Shown here: positions 50,001-63,497 of the stretch, piece by piece | Numbering within the stretch: the stretch's first letter is position 1 | How the letters are laid out: each line of letters opens with the position of its first letter | Source of the DNA: Squalus acanthias | Taxonomy: Eukaryota | Assembly (NCBI GenBank): GCA_030390025.1 | Contig: CM059433.1 | Span: 24,306,001 to 24,370,000, forward strand | Direction of reading: 5' to 3' | Length of the DNA stretch: 64,000 nucleotides | The notes under the pieces: model-generated | Seen by the model: the letters and a program-made list of their open reading frames with translations, nothing else | Told to the model about the DNA's origin: nothing | The model's database searches: none | Translations under genes and position numbers: made by a program

Positions 50001-50159
50001 GTCTTATGATGTCTATTATCACCTTCTGACTCCTAACATAGCTAAAAGTGATGTTACTATTGCTACCACAGTTATCCACTACCTTCTTTTCCATTGATGT
50101 TTTAGCTGCTCTGATAGCAGCTTTTGTTGCCTTTATTGACCTTGATACCTATCTTCCAA

Positions 50160-50452
50160 TTCTGGCCTCTTGCACATCCCTGATTTTAATCGCTCCATCA
50201 TTGGCGGCCATGCCTTCAGCTGCCTAGGCCGTAAGCTCTGGAATTCCCTCCCTAAACCTCTCCGCCTCTCTACCTCGCTTTCCTCCTTTAAGTCGCATCT
50301 TAAAACCTACCTCTTTGACCAAGTTTTTGGTCACCTGCCCTAATATCTCCTTATGTGGCTTGGTGTCAAATTTTGTTTGATAACGCTCCTGTGAAGCTTG
50401 GGACATTTTACTATGTTAAAGGCACTATATAACTGCAAATTGTTGTTGTTAT
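50160..50452 (+). mobile_element. L2 LINE 3' end
   Basis: ggcggccatgccttcagctgcctaggccgtaagctctggaattccctccc... ending in (TTG)n. Confidence 0.75.
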
Positions 50453-50474
50453 CCCTGTTCTCTTGAGAGTTATT

Positions 50475-51209
50475 GGCCCGGATTGTGCGGTCAGTGGCGA
50501 AGTGATGGCGCTCGCTGCTGACCTCGAAGAAAGCTGCCCACAAAGATCTAGCGATCTTGGTGGTGTGGATTTCACTTCTGCCGACGTTAATTTGATTCTA
50601 GTGCCAAGTCTAGGGGCTCTCCAGTGTCCAGCAACAGTGATGTCATCAAGCTGGCTAAGCAGCCAATCACATTGAAGAATTCTCACAGACTGCAAACCAG
50701 GAAGTAAAATGCACTGATTAACCTTCACTTTTTAAATCATTTTACAGAAAGCAAAATAAAGATTGGGACATACACATGGGATTAAGATAGAAGCTGAAAT
50801 ATCATAAACAAACTTAAAAAATAATTTTAAAAACCATGGAATTTTTATCATAATGAAAAATTTGACATTCTACAAATATAAAATTAGTTTTTCAGGGCCA
50901 GAGAGGTTGTTCAGCAGTAGTTATGACTCTGTATAGCTCATTGAACAAGGCTTAATTTTTTGGGTGGTTTTCAACAGCGATATTAGAGCGTTAAAACTGA
51001 AGTTCGTGTCAGTTCAGTGATTTCAATTGATTGCCGGCTGTGGGGAGTTCAACAGCGCGTTGTAGAGGAGCAGGGAATCACAGACAGCAAATTCTGGATT
51101 TCCGCATTCAACAACGCATGTGCGGACACCAGACGTTGCTGTCAGTTTCACAGTTGTAATTACGGCGAACGCTGACAGTTTCACGGTCATTACATCCGCA
51201 AATTCCGGG
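50475..51209. mobile_element. Harbinger-type MITE
   Basis: Imperfect TIRs GGCCCGGATTGTGCGG / CCGCAAATTCCGGGA; AT-rich core; relative at 12024-12431. Confidence 0.65.
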
Positions 51210-53524
51210 ATTTTCTTTTAGTGTGTAAAGTACTTTTGCTTAAGTCTTATCTGACCTTGCACATGACCAGTTATCCACTATGGCTTTGTTCTACCATGTG
51301 CCCTTCTTTTGACTCTAGGGACATACATGGCTTCCTTTTGTATTAGAATGGTGTAAAGGTATTCCATTTTTCCTCTCTGTTGGTAATTTCCCCAAATATA
51401 CCCCATTCAAGTCCTTTGCCATTTTTGCAAATTTAGTCCTCTTGAAGTCTGGAATTGGCATTGCATTTTTGGCAACTTTATGTTGATTGGTCAAGTTGAA
51501 TCTAATAATATTGTGGTCACTGTTGCCCTGGTGTTTCCGTGTGGAGGTCTGATTCTATATTAGGATCACTACTAAAACTAAAAGTACCCGATTATCCCTA
51601 GTTTCCGCATTAGCATGTTGTATTAGGAAACAGTCATTTATAATAGCTACAGATCATTCAGCTTACCTGCTCTCAATGCTAGATGGCTCGCTATTAGACC
51701 ATTGAATGCCTGGGAAATTAAAATCCCCATAACTGTCATAATTCCATGCAGAGCATGGTACACATGACTGTATCGTGCATTTCATAATATGTAGTTAAAA
51801 TCATAGAATCATAGAATGGTTACAGCACAGAAGGAGGCCATTCGGCCCGTCGAGCCCGTGAATGAATGAATGAATTTATACAAGTTTCAACATCAAGCTG
51901 TTTATCTGAAATGATTTCCCTGTACTGAGTATGGCCTGGGCCAATGATCCATCATCTGATACTTTACGAATTTTGGAGCATTTGTACACTTCTAATTCTG
52001 ACACTATTCTAATAGCTTAAATAAACATTTAGAAAGGCTTTGCTGTTTCACTCGAAATGCTGCGCATAATCATTTTTAAACCCAGTAATTGGAGATAACT
52101 GAGTATAAAGGTGTTCTCAGTGATTTATGCGGAGTCGTTCAGGAGATGGCAGGAAGAGCTTTCGTCGTATTTCAAGATCTATAGTTATGTAAAGGTCAGT
52201 TCTAAAACCACATCAGGCAGCAGATTTGCTGCACTGAATTAATGTTACACATAATGCTAACTCGCTTACAATGGCAAAATCATCTTTAAGATAGCAGGTT
52301 CTAAATTAGCTGATGAATTTTGACCTCCCTCATATGTACTACTGGATTGTGAACTAATACTTCTCAAACCTGTTGCTGATTTTCTATTTAGCCAGCAGTG
52401 CAGAGTACAACATTTTACATTATAACAAGTCCTTGGAAATCCTGACAGTTTTATACCTGTTTAAACTTTTATTCTTAGTATATTTGAATTACATAGCAAT
52501 AGGTGGGGAGGGGAAAACAAGCAAGACTACAAATATATAAAAATTAAAAATAAAGTAACAAGGGAATCCACCAGGAAAAAGATTCTCCAAACAGCATGCC
52601 CTCAAGAACCAGTTTTCATCAGAGGCCGAGGTAATAAAAAACTTGCAGAACACTGCCTTGGCTGTCTCCCCACAATATTCCAGACTTTTCCTGAAGCTGA
52701 GTGGCACATTTTGGAATTCATGACTGTCCTGCCATCGGGGGGCCTTGGCGTAATATATGTTAAAAATGCTATTGTTGGGCTAAACTTAGCTCTCAAAGGG
52801 TTAAATTCATTGGACAACGGGGCTGGGAGATCTAGATTAGAATTCAGATAGGCTGTCTGAACCAGCATGCTGAAGACAATGAACAATACCATGACATTCT
52901 AGTGATCATTCATACTTAATGCTGCTGCAACACTATTTCATTTGAACTCAACAGGAGCCATTGCTTAGTTAGGCTGGTGGATTGAGCTCGGGGAGGGTGG
53001 TGGGGAGTTGTTAGTTTGACTAAAAATCTGATCATGTAGTCAGGCTGAAGAAAAGACAGGAGATTGCAGGGAGAGGGGATTCTGCATTGAGCTGAAGACC
53101 AAAATGCAGAGGGGTTATTCTGCTTAAGTGATGTGAGGAAGTGTAGTGCGTTTATTATTTTTCATTATTACGCAAAGACAAGTTGTATTGATTGAAATAA
53201 GTGAATTTCATCATAATTGTTGCTCAGTATGTTCACATGCTGTGAGTTAAAGCAGATCAATAATTCATTTGAAGCATCGTCTCACCAAATGTTTTCTGGG
53301 ACTGCGTTTGCAGAGATTGAAGAAGTATGTTTACGAATATCCACTTCAGATCACACATAGGGTTACAAGTAGATACTGGGCAGTATGAGTCAAATGCTAT
53401 AAAAGTAAGATGCTCAAACTGATTACAGGAGTGACTCATACCGCTGGACCCAAGATGGTATCTATGGCAGACCTGAATTTGTAACAGAGAAAGAAGCTGA
53501 GGGTCACTGAGGACGGAGATATCT

Positions 53525-54022
53525 TTTTTAAAATTCATTCCTGTGATGTGGGCATCGCTGGCAAGACCAGCATTTATTGCCCATCCCTAATTGCCCTTGA
53601 GAAGGTGGTGGTGAGCCGCCTTCTTGAACTGCTGCAGTCCATGTGGTGAAGGTACTCCCACAGTGCTGTTAGGTAGGGAGTTCCAGGATTTTGTCCCAGC
53701 GACAATGAAGGATTGGTGATATACCTCTAAGTCAGGATGGTGTGTGATTGGAGGGGAACTTGGAGGTGGTGGTGTTCCCATGCGCCTGCTGCCCTTGTCC
53801 TTCTAGGTGGAAGAGGTCGCGGGTTTGGGAGGTGCTGCTGAAAAAGCCTTGGCAAGTTGCTGCAGTGCATTGTGTAGATGGTACACACTGCAGCCACGGT
53901 ATGCCGGTGGTGGAGGGAGTGCCAATCAAGCGGTTTGCTTTGTCCTGGATGGTGTCGAGCTTCTTGAGTGTTGTTGGAGCTGCACTCATCCAGGCAAGTG
54001 GAGAGTTTTCCATCACACTCCT
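53525..54022 (-). mobile_element. Family B LINE 3' fragment
   Basis: SPLAWMSAAPTTLKKLDTIQDKA and the same 3' end as 5100-5190. Confidence 0.88.
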
Positions 54023-54847
54023 TACTCCTTACTCTGTTTAGCCTCAGTGGGAACTGTTGCATTTTCAGGGCTTGAATCATTTCAGTAAAGGTCTGAGCCA
54101 ATCTTGGAAGCCTTAACCTCAGAATTTAGTCGCCCAGGGTGAATAAATAGTTAATGCTTGGAAAGGATTTGTGCGATTTAGAATAAAAGATTGAGTAACA
54201 CCTTCACCGCACATCCAGGTGCAAGACTACAGCCTCACGAGAGTGGGAAGTCAAGCTGCTAGGCAACTTATCTACCTGAGGATGAATATTTGTATGAGTC
54301 ATGAGTGAGAACAAGAAAAAGATCAGAGAGAAAAATGCTTGGGGTATAAACATTATAAAAAGTTCCTGGGCGTACCAGCTGACTAGTCCAAAGCCTGTTC
54401 ATTCAGCAAAATAAAAATAGCATATCCTCATGAATTAGGATGGCAAGTGCCTGCTTCTTAGAAAGAGGAATGAAAGAAGTAGGAAGAGGTGCTGACCCAT
54501 ACCTTGCTTTTCACGTTCTGCATCGCTTGGGGGGCAATACATACCTCTACCCACAGAGATAGGCAAACACCTTCTGTTGTTTGGTTGGGGAATTAAGTCC
54601 CTGGACACAGGGAGGTAATATTAAGACATCCCATGAGACCCTAGGAAATAAAATAGTCACTGAAGGAGAGCAGTTGCACTTTCCACAAGCAAGAGCCCAT
54701 CCTGTACCGGGCCCAGACCACCACCACCATAGTTAACTTTATAAATATAACCATAACTTTATACTATCAATGGCATATTGTGGAAGAGTTCCTCACACAG
54801 AAATAATTTAACATGCTTCATTAAAAATAGCCTCTTAATGAATTATA

Positions 54848-55418
54848 GGCCCAGAAATTGCTGGAGCGGGCATTTGTCGGCAAACGGGGTAAACTAGATT
54901 TTTTTACCTCACCCTTCAGATTGTATTATTTTTGTGCTGCAAATTGCTGGAAATATGAATTGATAATGGCACGAAGAGGGCAACAGGGCATCTGGGACCT
55001 CCTGAACGTCGGGTCCAATGGTCTGTCTCCTTAACCCATGAAATTTAAGGATAAAGAAACAGAGAAAACAATAGAGAAGACAGTAAGGTGAATTAAATGT
55101 CGTTAGTTACAGGAAGAAAAATAAAGAGAGAGAGAGAAAGAAAGAGAGCGGACTAAGATAGAGAAAAGAGACAGAAAGGAACATGTAAAAGTTAATAAAA
55201 CAATTTACAGGAGTGATACTCTACAATTTCATTGTTTCCTTTGGTGAGGCTGACCACGGAGCAGTGCAAATCGTCCAGCGATTTAGTATATAAAAAAACC
55301 AGCAATTTGTGGCAAATTCGTGGCATATCTCTTCTTCGCCACAATTGTTGTTTTTTTTTATGTACTAATAATGTTGGGCACCGTGAACTCGCCATTATTT
55401 TTCCAGCCATTTCTGGGA
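54848..55418. mobile_element. Harbinger-type MITE
   Basis: GGCCCAGAAATTGCTGGA at the left end and TCCAGCCATTTCTGGG at the right end. Confidence 0.55.
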
Positions 55419-56479
55419 TATTGAATCAAGCCAAACACTGCTGTGAAAGGGAGACAATACATAGCCACGCTGAAAAAATTGTTGGGTGCTGTACCCTGCA
55501 ATGCAAGGACCCAGAACCCCACACCCAGTGGCCAACAGCAGTTGCATTAAGCCTTTAGCATAGTGAAACATTCCAAGGTGTCTCGCAAGGACTAGAAAAG
55601 AAAATCAAATTGTCTGGTAGTGAATTTCCTGGCTGTCCTAATGGCGTGTTGCAACTTGAGAAAGAAAAAAAGAAAATAACAATTGATGCACATGGCTTGC
55701 TGTTTTCTCAAGCTATAATCCTAAATGGCTATTTCTATTTCAGGATTATTCCTGTAGATTGAACTTCCCCAAAATAAATAGTCTCCCTTTCCCTCATTTA
55801 AGAGCATAATTAAGCGATATATGCTTATAAAGGCTGCAGCCTTCATATAGGCAATTGATATAAACTCTACAGTTAGACCATATTGATTACATTTTCCACA
55901 AACAATAAACTACTGAGGATCCACTAGGACAACAAAAGTTGCAATATAAAAACACCCAGCAAATCTTGATCTGTTTTTAATTGAAATTTTATCTTTTAAT
56001 AGCAAAGGTATCAACAATATTATAAATAAGCCAGGGCACCTTTTTATCCATATTGCCTACTCTGCTCAATAAAGAACTGATGTATAAATTCAATCAGCAA
56101 TCTGAGAACAATGATTCAGCAGAAGAAGTGTCACAGCCTGCTAAATTAAACAGGCAACTATATTCAGCAAAGAATCTGTGTCAGCATTAAGACCAGTCCA
56201 TAATAAACTCTATACCATCTCAATCATAATTATTCTGATGGCCAGCAATTTTCAAGAGAGTAACATCTTAAAGCCAAAGAGCTTGGTCTTCATTAGAGAA
56301 AGCTGGAGCCTCATGCATGTGTCTAGAATTGGCTATCACAAGATGGTGGAATAGCATATTCTGTGTGTGCCGTTTCCTCCAGGCAGGGCATCTAACAATC
56401 TGGTGTCCCTGAATATGAGACTGAAAGAGGACAAAATTAGTTCTAGAGTTACTACGTGTGAGTACCACAGTAATTGGGA

Positions 56480-58340
56480 GTATAGAAATAGAAGGATCAA
56501 GAGTAAGACTGGTGCTATGTGCAGTTTCAATCTATGTGCAAAGTGTCCAGGAGGAGTGCAGATCCATGAAATGTGGTGTTCGATCTGAGGAATGCTAAAC
56601 TTCAACACCAGCTGGCTACACTCTGTAACAAAAGTAGGGAGGAAAGGTTTCTGGAAGATACATTCCAGGAAATGATTATGCGACATTAAGGAACAGTGAA
56701 GCAGAAGGAAGTAACTTGGTAACCACCAAGAGAAAGCAAGAGGAGACCAGAGGAACTTGTGGGTCTGAATTTATACGAGTACGTGTATGATTCTTGACAC
56801 CTACAAGGAGAATAGAAGCACAGTGGAGAGTCAACACAAGCAACACCACTGCACTGTGGAACAAGGAATTACTTCTGAGGAAGCAGTAATACAATCTATG
56901 AAAACAGGCAGCTGTTAGTAAGAGGGATTCTGTAATTAGGGTGTAGACAATAATATTTGCAGTCGCAACTTGGGAGTCCAAAATGGCATTGACTCCCGAG
57001 TGCCAGGATAAGGGACGTAATGAAGGGGGTGGAAAAACTGAATGGGTAATAGTCAGAAATCCTGGTTCACACAGGAAAGAATGACATAGGAAAGATTTAG
57101 ATGGCGGTCTGGAACAGGCAGTTTTTGGATTTAGGTCCAAGATTAAAGAGCAACATCTGAAAGGTAATGAACTCAGAATCACCTCTGGAGCCACATTCTG
57201 GAGCAGTTTGTTAGAAACAGATGCACCATTGCATGGCTAGAGAGATGGTGTAGAAAGAAGAGTTTCAGATTCCTCGGATATTGGGACAAGTCTTGACAGA
57301 TGCATGTTGTTCAGATGAAATGGGTTTCATCTATACCAGATTGGTACCAATGTCCTTGCACAGAGGCAAGTAGGGCAGTATGAACAGATTTAATCTGGCA
57401 AGGCACGGGAGAAGTCACAACAGACCCAAAACAGGGAGGTCCAAATTTCTTCACTTGTTAACCAGTGTGTACAGGGGACGAAAATCGGGCGGGAAGCCAT
57501 TTCGCTGGCGGCACTTCTTGCATTTTCGGCTGGAAGTGATATTGGATGTAGAATACATCTGCCCAAATATGGACAGGTGTATTATAATGAAAGGCAAATG
57601 ACGGGAATACATCATACAAAGCATTTTTTAAATCATTTGTGCCCTAGCAACGCTGGGTACAAGTGAATCCGTCCTCTCCCTAAGTGTCAAGAACATATCC
57701 TATTTAACAAGTCAAGACCCACAGGTTCCTCAGAAACTCCATGCAGAACAGTTGATTATATTAGAGAAATGGGCATATTTAAACATTTTTTGGAAACTTA
57801 TGCTGTGACAAGACACTGCAGTGATTTCTCTCTCCTCACCTGAGGCAAGCTCCTCAGCTATAAATGGCCTTGGTGTCCACCCTAATTATGGTAATGCTCC
57901 CTGACCCCAGGAAATGGACTAGAGTTATAGTCGCAACTGTCAGGGGCAACAAGTTTGACCCTTCTACGTTTCTGTCAGCAGAGTAGGAACAAAACAAATT
58001 TGGGACCAGAAAATGAATGACATCAATAGTAGAAACATCAAGTAAGAAAAGGGATGTTTAAAGAATACACTTAAATGTCTTACACAAATGCTATGAACAT
58101 CCAGAATAAAGTACTGGAGTTAATTGAATATAGAACTAGCGAGAATGTGGATATTTTTGCCATCTAAGAAAGTTGGCTAATGGCAGACGGGCAACAGGCG
58201 GAGCTGAGGAGGTATAAAATGTTTCACAAAGATAGACCTACAAAAGGTGAAGGGGTTGTATTATTGATTCAGAATGACGTAGCAGCAAAGGATGGATATA
58301 ACAGCGGAAGGGGATAAGGCTGAAACAAAATGGATAGACT
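56480..58340 (+). mobile_element. Highly decayed CR1 5' region (ORF1 SGNH-esterase-like remnants, then ORF2 start)
   Basis: gggattctgtaattaggg (GDS.IR), ctcccgagtgccaggataagggac (LPGARVKD-like), gggtttcatcta...ggtaccaatgtccttgca (GLHL..GTNVLA), and an LKCLYTN-like start at ~58070. Confidence 0.55.
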
Positions 58341-58899
58341 GAATAACGATAATGGCTTGCTTTAGAAAATCCTCTTTTGTTTGGTAGGTAAATATTGGCC
58401 CGATGGCAAAATAGATTCATATGTCTTTATAGGTCATGGAGCTAGGGTGCAGTGCACGCTGTCATTCAGGAGGTTATAGGTATAGCTGAATAAACCGGAT
58501 CATATCAATCCTCCAGGATCCAAAAATTGTGAAAAGCCATCAGAGGATTTTCTAAAGCAAGCCATTATCATTAGTCAGTTGTATCCGTATTGTTTCAGCC
58601 TTATCCCCTTCTGCTGTTGTATCTATCTTATCTAGGTCATTACTTTTGGCAGTGGGCATTTTGTTCCTTTGTCGCAAAAACTGTGTCCTCCAAGGTGTCC
58701 TGGCACACAAAGTCATCCTGATCACAGGATTCAATTGTTAAAATGATAATTAACAATCTGAATGTCCTTAATCTTTCAGAAGGTAGTTTCAACAATGGTC
58801 AATTTGACCCAAATAGCTCTGATCTTGGTCAGGACCATTGAAGACATTGCTATCCGATGCTCTGCAGTGGAGCTGGGGGTTTCTTGCAATCCAAGGCAA

Positions 58900-59100
58900 A
58901 AAAAATTGCATTTATGTAGCACCTTCCATGACTTCATAATGTCCCAAAGCACTTTACAGCCAATGAAGTACTTTTGAAGTGTAGTCACTGTTGTAATGTA
59001 GGAAATGTGGCGGCCAATTTGCACACAGCAAGGTCCCACAAGCAGCAATGCGATAATGACCAGATTATGATTTTAGTAATGTTGGTTGAGCAACAAATAT
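58900..59100 (-). mobile_element. Deu-domain SINE 3' half
   Basis: Reverse complement matches 40120-40320. Confidence 0.75.
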
Positions 59101-59403
59101 TCTGGAGAAATTAATAGTGAGCGATCGGCTAGCTCTGCACTTGAAGCAGGTCTGAATTTCAGTAACTGAGTTTAATTTTCTTACTTTTTGCACTAGACAT
59201 TGTGTAATTCCCTATTTAAAGCAAATGTACTCAGAAGGACCTAATGCAGGAAAGCTCAACAATTGGGCAACCTCTTCTGTTTGAGAGCACCAGATCTCTT
59301 TCAAAACTTTCCTTTTTCCTCCCTCTGACTTTATTTCCATCCTTAGATTATTCATTTATCTCCCTTTGGCTTTTACCCTTATGCAGCAATAACTTTTTTT
59401 TAT

Positions 59404-59515
59404 AAAAGCAAAATAGTGCAGATGCTGGATATTTAAAATAAACACAGAAAATACTCGAGGTCAGGCAGCATTTGAGAGAAATGGAGCTAATGTTGCAGGT
59501 CGCAGAACTGGAAGA
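59404..59515 (-). mobile_element. Degenerate Penelope-like terminal unit
   Basis: aaaagcaaaatagtgcagatgctgg...ggtcaggcagcat resembles 44425-44535. Confidence 0.55.
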
Positions 59516-60192
59516 GATTTAATGGTTTTTAAGGCACGTAGAGAATCAGGGGGGAAATGGGGAGGGGGGTTAACCTTACTGCTTTGAGCTTGAATTGATT
59601 TAATAACTGGTACTTTTGTTCACACTTTGCTCCTTGAAATATCTTGCATGCATGAAATGATGTACAGAGTTCATATTGTGAAAAACCAATTGCTACATGC
59701 ATTATTTTATGCTTCATGGATCAGCACAAGGACGTTTATACAAAATGTTACAGACTATTAACCTTCACTTGATAAAGATTAATTGTTATGTGGGCAAAAA
59801 GTCACCTTACAAGGGTTTCAGCGTGGTACATTCTGCAATGCTTAAAAAAGTTGTTGATGGAGATCACCTGATGAAAAGGTGGAGAAAGGCTGCTAAATCC
59901 TCTTCACATTGCTTTAAATCAAACCCTTACAGCGATTTCAAAGTCAATTGCAAGTTTTGTACATTTCTTCAGACACAGCTCAGCCCCACAAAAGAAAAAA
60001 ACTACAATATGCTAAATGCCTGACTCTGTCCTGGAAGAGAGGGGCTCACATATCTTACAAACTCTGACGTTCAATGGGTTAGATGATGACTTTGTACGAG
60101 TGTAAAACAAAGTCAATGGAAATAAATATCGGGATGTAAAATGGGCTGCAGACGCGTCATCACCCGTTTTACACTATCGCACAGTCAAGATC

Positions 60193-60274
60193 TACCCAAA
60201 TGTGTTACAATAATCTTTTACCCAAATGTGTTACAATAATCTTTTACCCAAATGTGTTACAATAATCTTTTACC
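60193..60274. repeat. Tandem repeat, 26-bp unit x3 (TACCCAAATGTGTTACAATAATCTTT)
   Basis: Three perfect consecutive copies plus TACC. Confidence 0.95.
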
Positions 60275-61679
60275 TATCTCGTCAAAGCTGTCATCTTGTA
60301 AAACTAGCAAAGTATAATGGTAGTCCAATAGAATCCCATAGGAAGACAAGGTGGATTATGGAAGCCAGGTTAAAAAAAAGTGGTAGAAGACAACCTATGC
60401 TAGCTAACTTGAGTCAAACAGCAGACTGTGTGTTCTGTACAAGGTGATAGAGCAGGGGAAGTAAACCTGGTCTGCAGTTATCCTCATATGAAGAAAACCA
60501 ATGCTGCAACTTGCCCAACTACATGGACTGTCAGGGGCTTTGGGTTCATTTCAGTATGGGAGACTTTTGTACAAGGAAAAGACTTTTCCTCATTGTTCAA
60601 GGGTGTTTTAAAGTTTATCATCTCTGACAGAGGCCGATAAAATCCAACAACTCCCTCTCCACCCAATTTTATATTGGATACAGATGATGGACAAGAGAAT
60701 TATGGAAACCCAGGAGTTCAGATTTCCCACCAGGTCCAGAATTGAATTCAGCTTGTTAAAATGAATTGAATGGCTGGATGCACCCAAATTAGATGCTATT
60801 TTTCACTTAGCAAATTACATTTTCTCAAGGACTCATTTAATGAGTGGAAAAAAGTGTAAACTTCACCTTTCAATTCTGAAGACGCAAGATATAAACACAA
60901 ATATACCTCCAAATTTTTGGATAATGCATAGTAACAACTTACATTTATATATTTATAGCAGGCTTGAGGGTCACTGCAGCCCTCAAAAGCTGAAGTACAT
61001 CTCCAGTCAGGCCAACACAGCCACGAGAAAAGCCAATTTTGCAGACGAAGCAAATCCTTCCAGAATAGTTTAGCACAGGAAAAATACTCTTGGAGAACAT
61101 CCCAACGCCACGAGTTTAAAAACAAAACTTTCTAGCCTATTGTAGTCTCAATCAGGTATCTTACTCCTCAGTAAAGCAGTTGTCACATTTGGAATAGGAG
61201 CATGAATTGAAAACCTATGGATTTAATTGATACTTGTCCACTCAGAACAATTGAGAACCTCAAATTTGGATCAGTTCATCGGGACAGATCATTCAGACAA
61301 GAAAACTAGTCCTAGCTAGATTTGAAGCAGCAAAAGTTGATACCTGTGCTATAGTCTCAAAGGCCACCAACACCACAGAATCAGGTGTTCAGACAAGGAG
61401 AGACTTCACAATTTTTATTTTCAAAATGCGTTACTACCATCAGTCCCGACGAGTGGTTTACAAAAATCTTATACGGGTGAAGCAAGCAGGTAACAAAATT
61501 TCTGACTAAGTGCTCTTCCAGAATGGTGGGGACAGTCTCTTTATACATACTTTGTAGCCAAGTGTGGCTTATCTTCATGGGGAAAAATGCACTCGAAAGA
61601 GTTTGTAAAACTTACTCCACCCGAGCAATATCTAATGAATATCGTTGTGTATGTCAGTACAGTTATTTAGTCCAATTTC

Positions 61680-62358
61680 AATTTCCAGAGTAAATTTATT
61701 AAGGTTACACTTACAATTCCATCTCCTTGATTGGTTTCATTTTCTCACCATGAAAACCATGAAATATTTACTGCACTACCTCACTTATAAAACAATGCAA
61801 TCAAACACAATCCATTTAAACTAATCTTTGTCAAAGCCCTTACAAAAACTATTTTTTTGTAAACCAGTGCATCTTCAGATAATATTTCACACAATGTGGA
61901 CACAAGAACATTAAGTTAGTAGATTTCTTTTAGTCAGTCAATCAACAAAACATTCAATATAAACATCTACAGGATTCATTATTTATTCTTACATGATCAA
62001 AACAGCTTAATTCAGTACATTTACACAGTCAATGAACAAAAAGCAATGGAATTTGTGGTAAGAAAATTATATATACAAAGTACATTTCTCCATTTGTATC
62101 TACAGCAGAATTTTTGCAACATCCCATGTTAGAGTGTTATTAAAAATACATTGTTAATCTAAAAACAATATATATACACACATGTAGCTTACATGTCACC
62201 TGACAACTGCAATGCACAAATCTGCATTGATTTAAACAATCAATAAAATAAAGATTTAATTTACATGGTTGGCCCTGTTCATTAGTTTGTGCACATTCTT
62301 GGTCTCTGCACCATGCAAAATCTGTATGATTAACATCAAAGTATACAATTCCATGATA
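61680..62358 (-). other. GCLC: Probable GCLC 3' UTR with candidate poly(A) signals
   Basis: AT-rich, repeat-free sequence after the stop codon; minus-strand AATAAA at 61982-61987 and 61695-61700. The true end is not determinable from sequence. Confidence 0.55.
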
Positions 62359-62567
62359 TTAAACAGTGCTGTGCTTGCCATCTGAGTGTTTTGGTTTGCT
62401 GACTGGCTCTCCAATTAGTTTTGGACAGTCATGCATCCCCTTTGCAATTTGGTCACATTTCATAATTAGGTCATAGTTGATTTTTTCAGTTACAATACTA
62501 TCTTGCTTGTAGTCGGGATGATTAGCAACAAACTTCCTCAACCAACATGCTGCAGTCATCAGCTCTC
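62359..62567 (-). CDS. GCLC: Glutamate-cysteine ligase catalytic subunit, last coding exon
   Basis: (G)ELMTAACWLRKFVANHPDYKQDSIVTEKINYDLIMKCDQIAKGMHDCPKLIGEPVSKPKHSDGKHSTV* matches the GCLC C-terminus (NHPDYKQDS motif). Acceptor ttttttgttgcag|GA; TAA at 62361-62359. Confidence 0.96.
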
Positions 62568-62979
62568 CTGCAACAAAAAAGGAGTATAATTTTGTTTTCA
62601 AATATGTACATTATTCAGTTTATAACTTCAGTGCAAGTATTGATTTTTTACTCTGTGGGCCATTCTGCTGTAAAATAAGTGTTTTGTGATCCATCAAATT
62701 TTCTTGCAAATTGTTTAATATGAAAGTGGTCTAAATACGTAGAAGCAGTAAGGCTTTGCATTCCAGTGAATTGTCTCCCTCTGGTTTATGTATTTCAACT
62801 ATCTCTTCAGGTTTTCTTTCCCTCCCAATGCCTTGCACCATTCTGCCACACACGAGCTTGCAAGCAGAACCCAAAATTCCTCAGCCATAGAATTTTGCCT
62901 TTCTGCCACTTGGTATAATGGAGTATCCTGCTGAATTGACAGACTAGTCTCAATTGTGATGGGAGAACAACGAAATCCT

Positions 62980-63330
62980 GGACGCACATATACATCCGCA
63001 CTGAAAGCCAGATGAGGCGGACAGACGCGTTGTCTTGCGTGCCAGGCGCTTGGCAGCCTCAAATCATTCAAACCAACCCATGAGATATGCTTCCATCGTG
63101 GTCTGTCGTTGGCTGTGTCTTCCCAGGTGTTGATGTTAATGTTGCAAGATTTAATGGTGGCGTTTAGTGTACCTTTATAGTGTTTCAGCTGCCCACCTCT
63201 GTTGCGATATGTGGACTGCAGCTCACCATAGAAGACTGCTTTGGGAATGCTATAATCAGGCATGCAAACATGTCCAGATAAATGCAACTGGACCTTTTGA
63301 TCATGGCCTCAATTCCAGGTATGGTACACC
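62980..63330 (-). mobile_element. RTE-clade LINE C-terminal fragment in the last GCLC intron
   Basis: GHVCMPDYSIPKAVFYGEL...RGGQLKHYKGTL...TWEDTANDRPRW matches the RTE/BovB C-terminal pattern. Confidence 0.75.
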
Positions 63331-63376
63331 AATACAATAACCAAATGTTAAATTAACAATTAAGTTACAACTTTAC

Positions 63377-63497
63377 CTGACGCTCTCTTTCTGATCAGTT
63401 TGAGGTAGTTTAAAATGCTGCACCGTGTATCCACATCTACTTCCATGTTTTCAAGGTAGCTGTTTATGATTGGGATTAAACCTGGAAAAACTCCTTC
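63377..63497 (-). CDS. GCLC: Glutamate-cysteine ligase catalytic subunit, penultimate coding exon (121 bp)
   Basis: Translates EGVFPGLIPIINSYLENMEVDVDTRCSILNYLKLIRKRAS, nearly identical to vertebrate GCLC. Acceptor ttgcag|GAA and donor TCAG|gtaaag; its phase-1 end matches the next exon. Confidence 0.96.

Noticed and set aside
60193..60274. CRISPR-like array
   Set aside because: Direct tandem copies with no spacers, no cas genes, and a vertebrate context.
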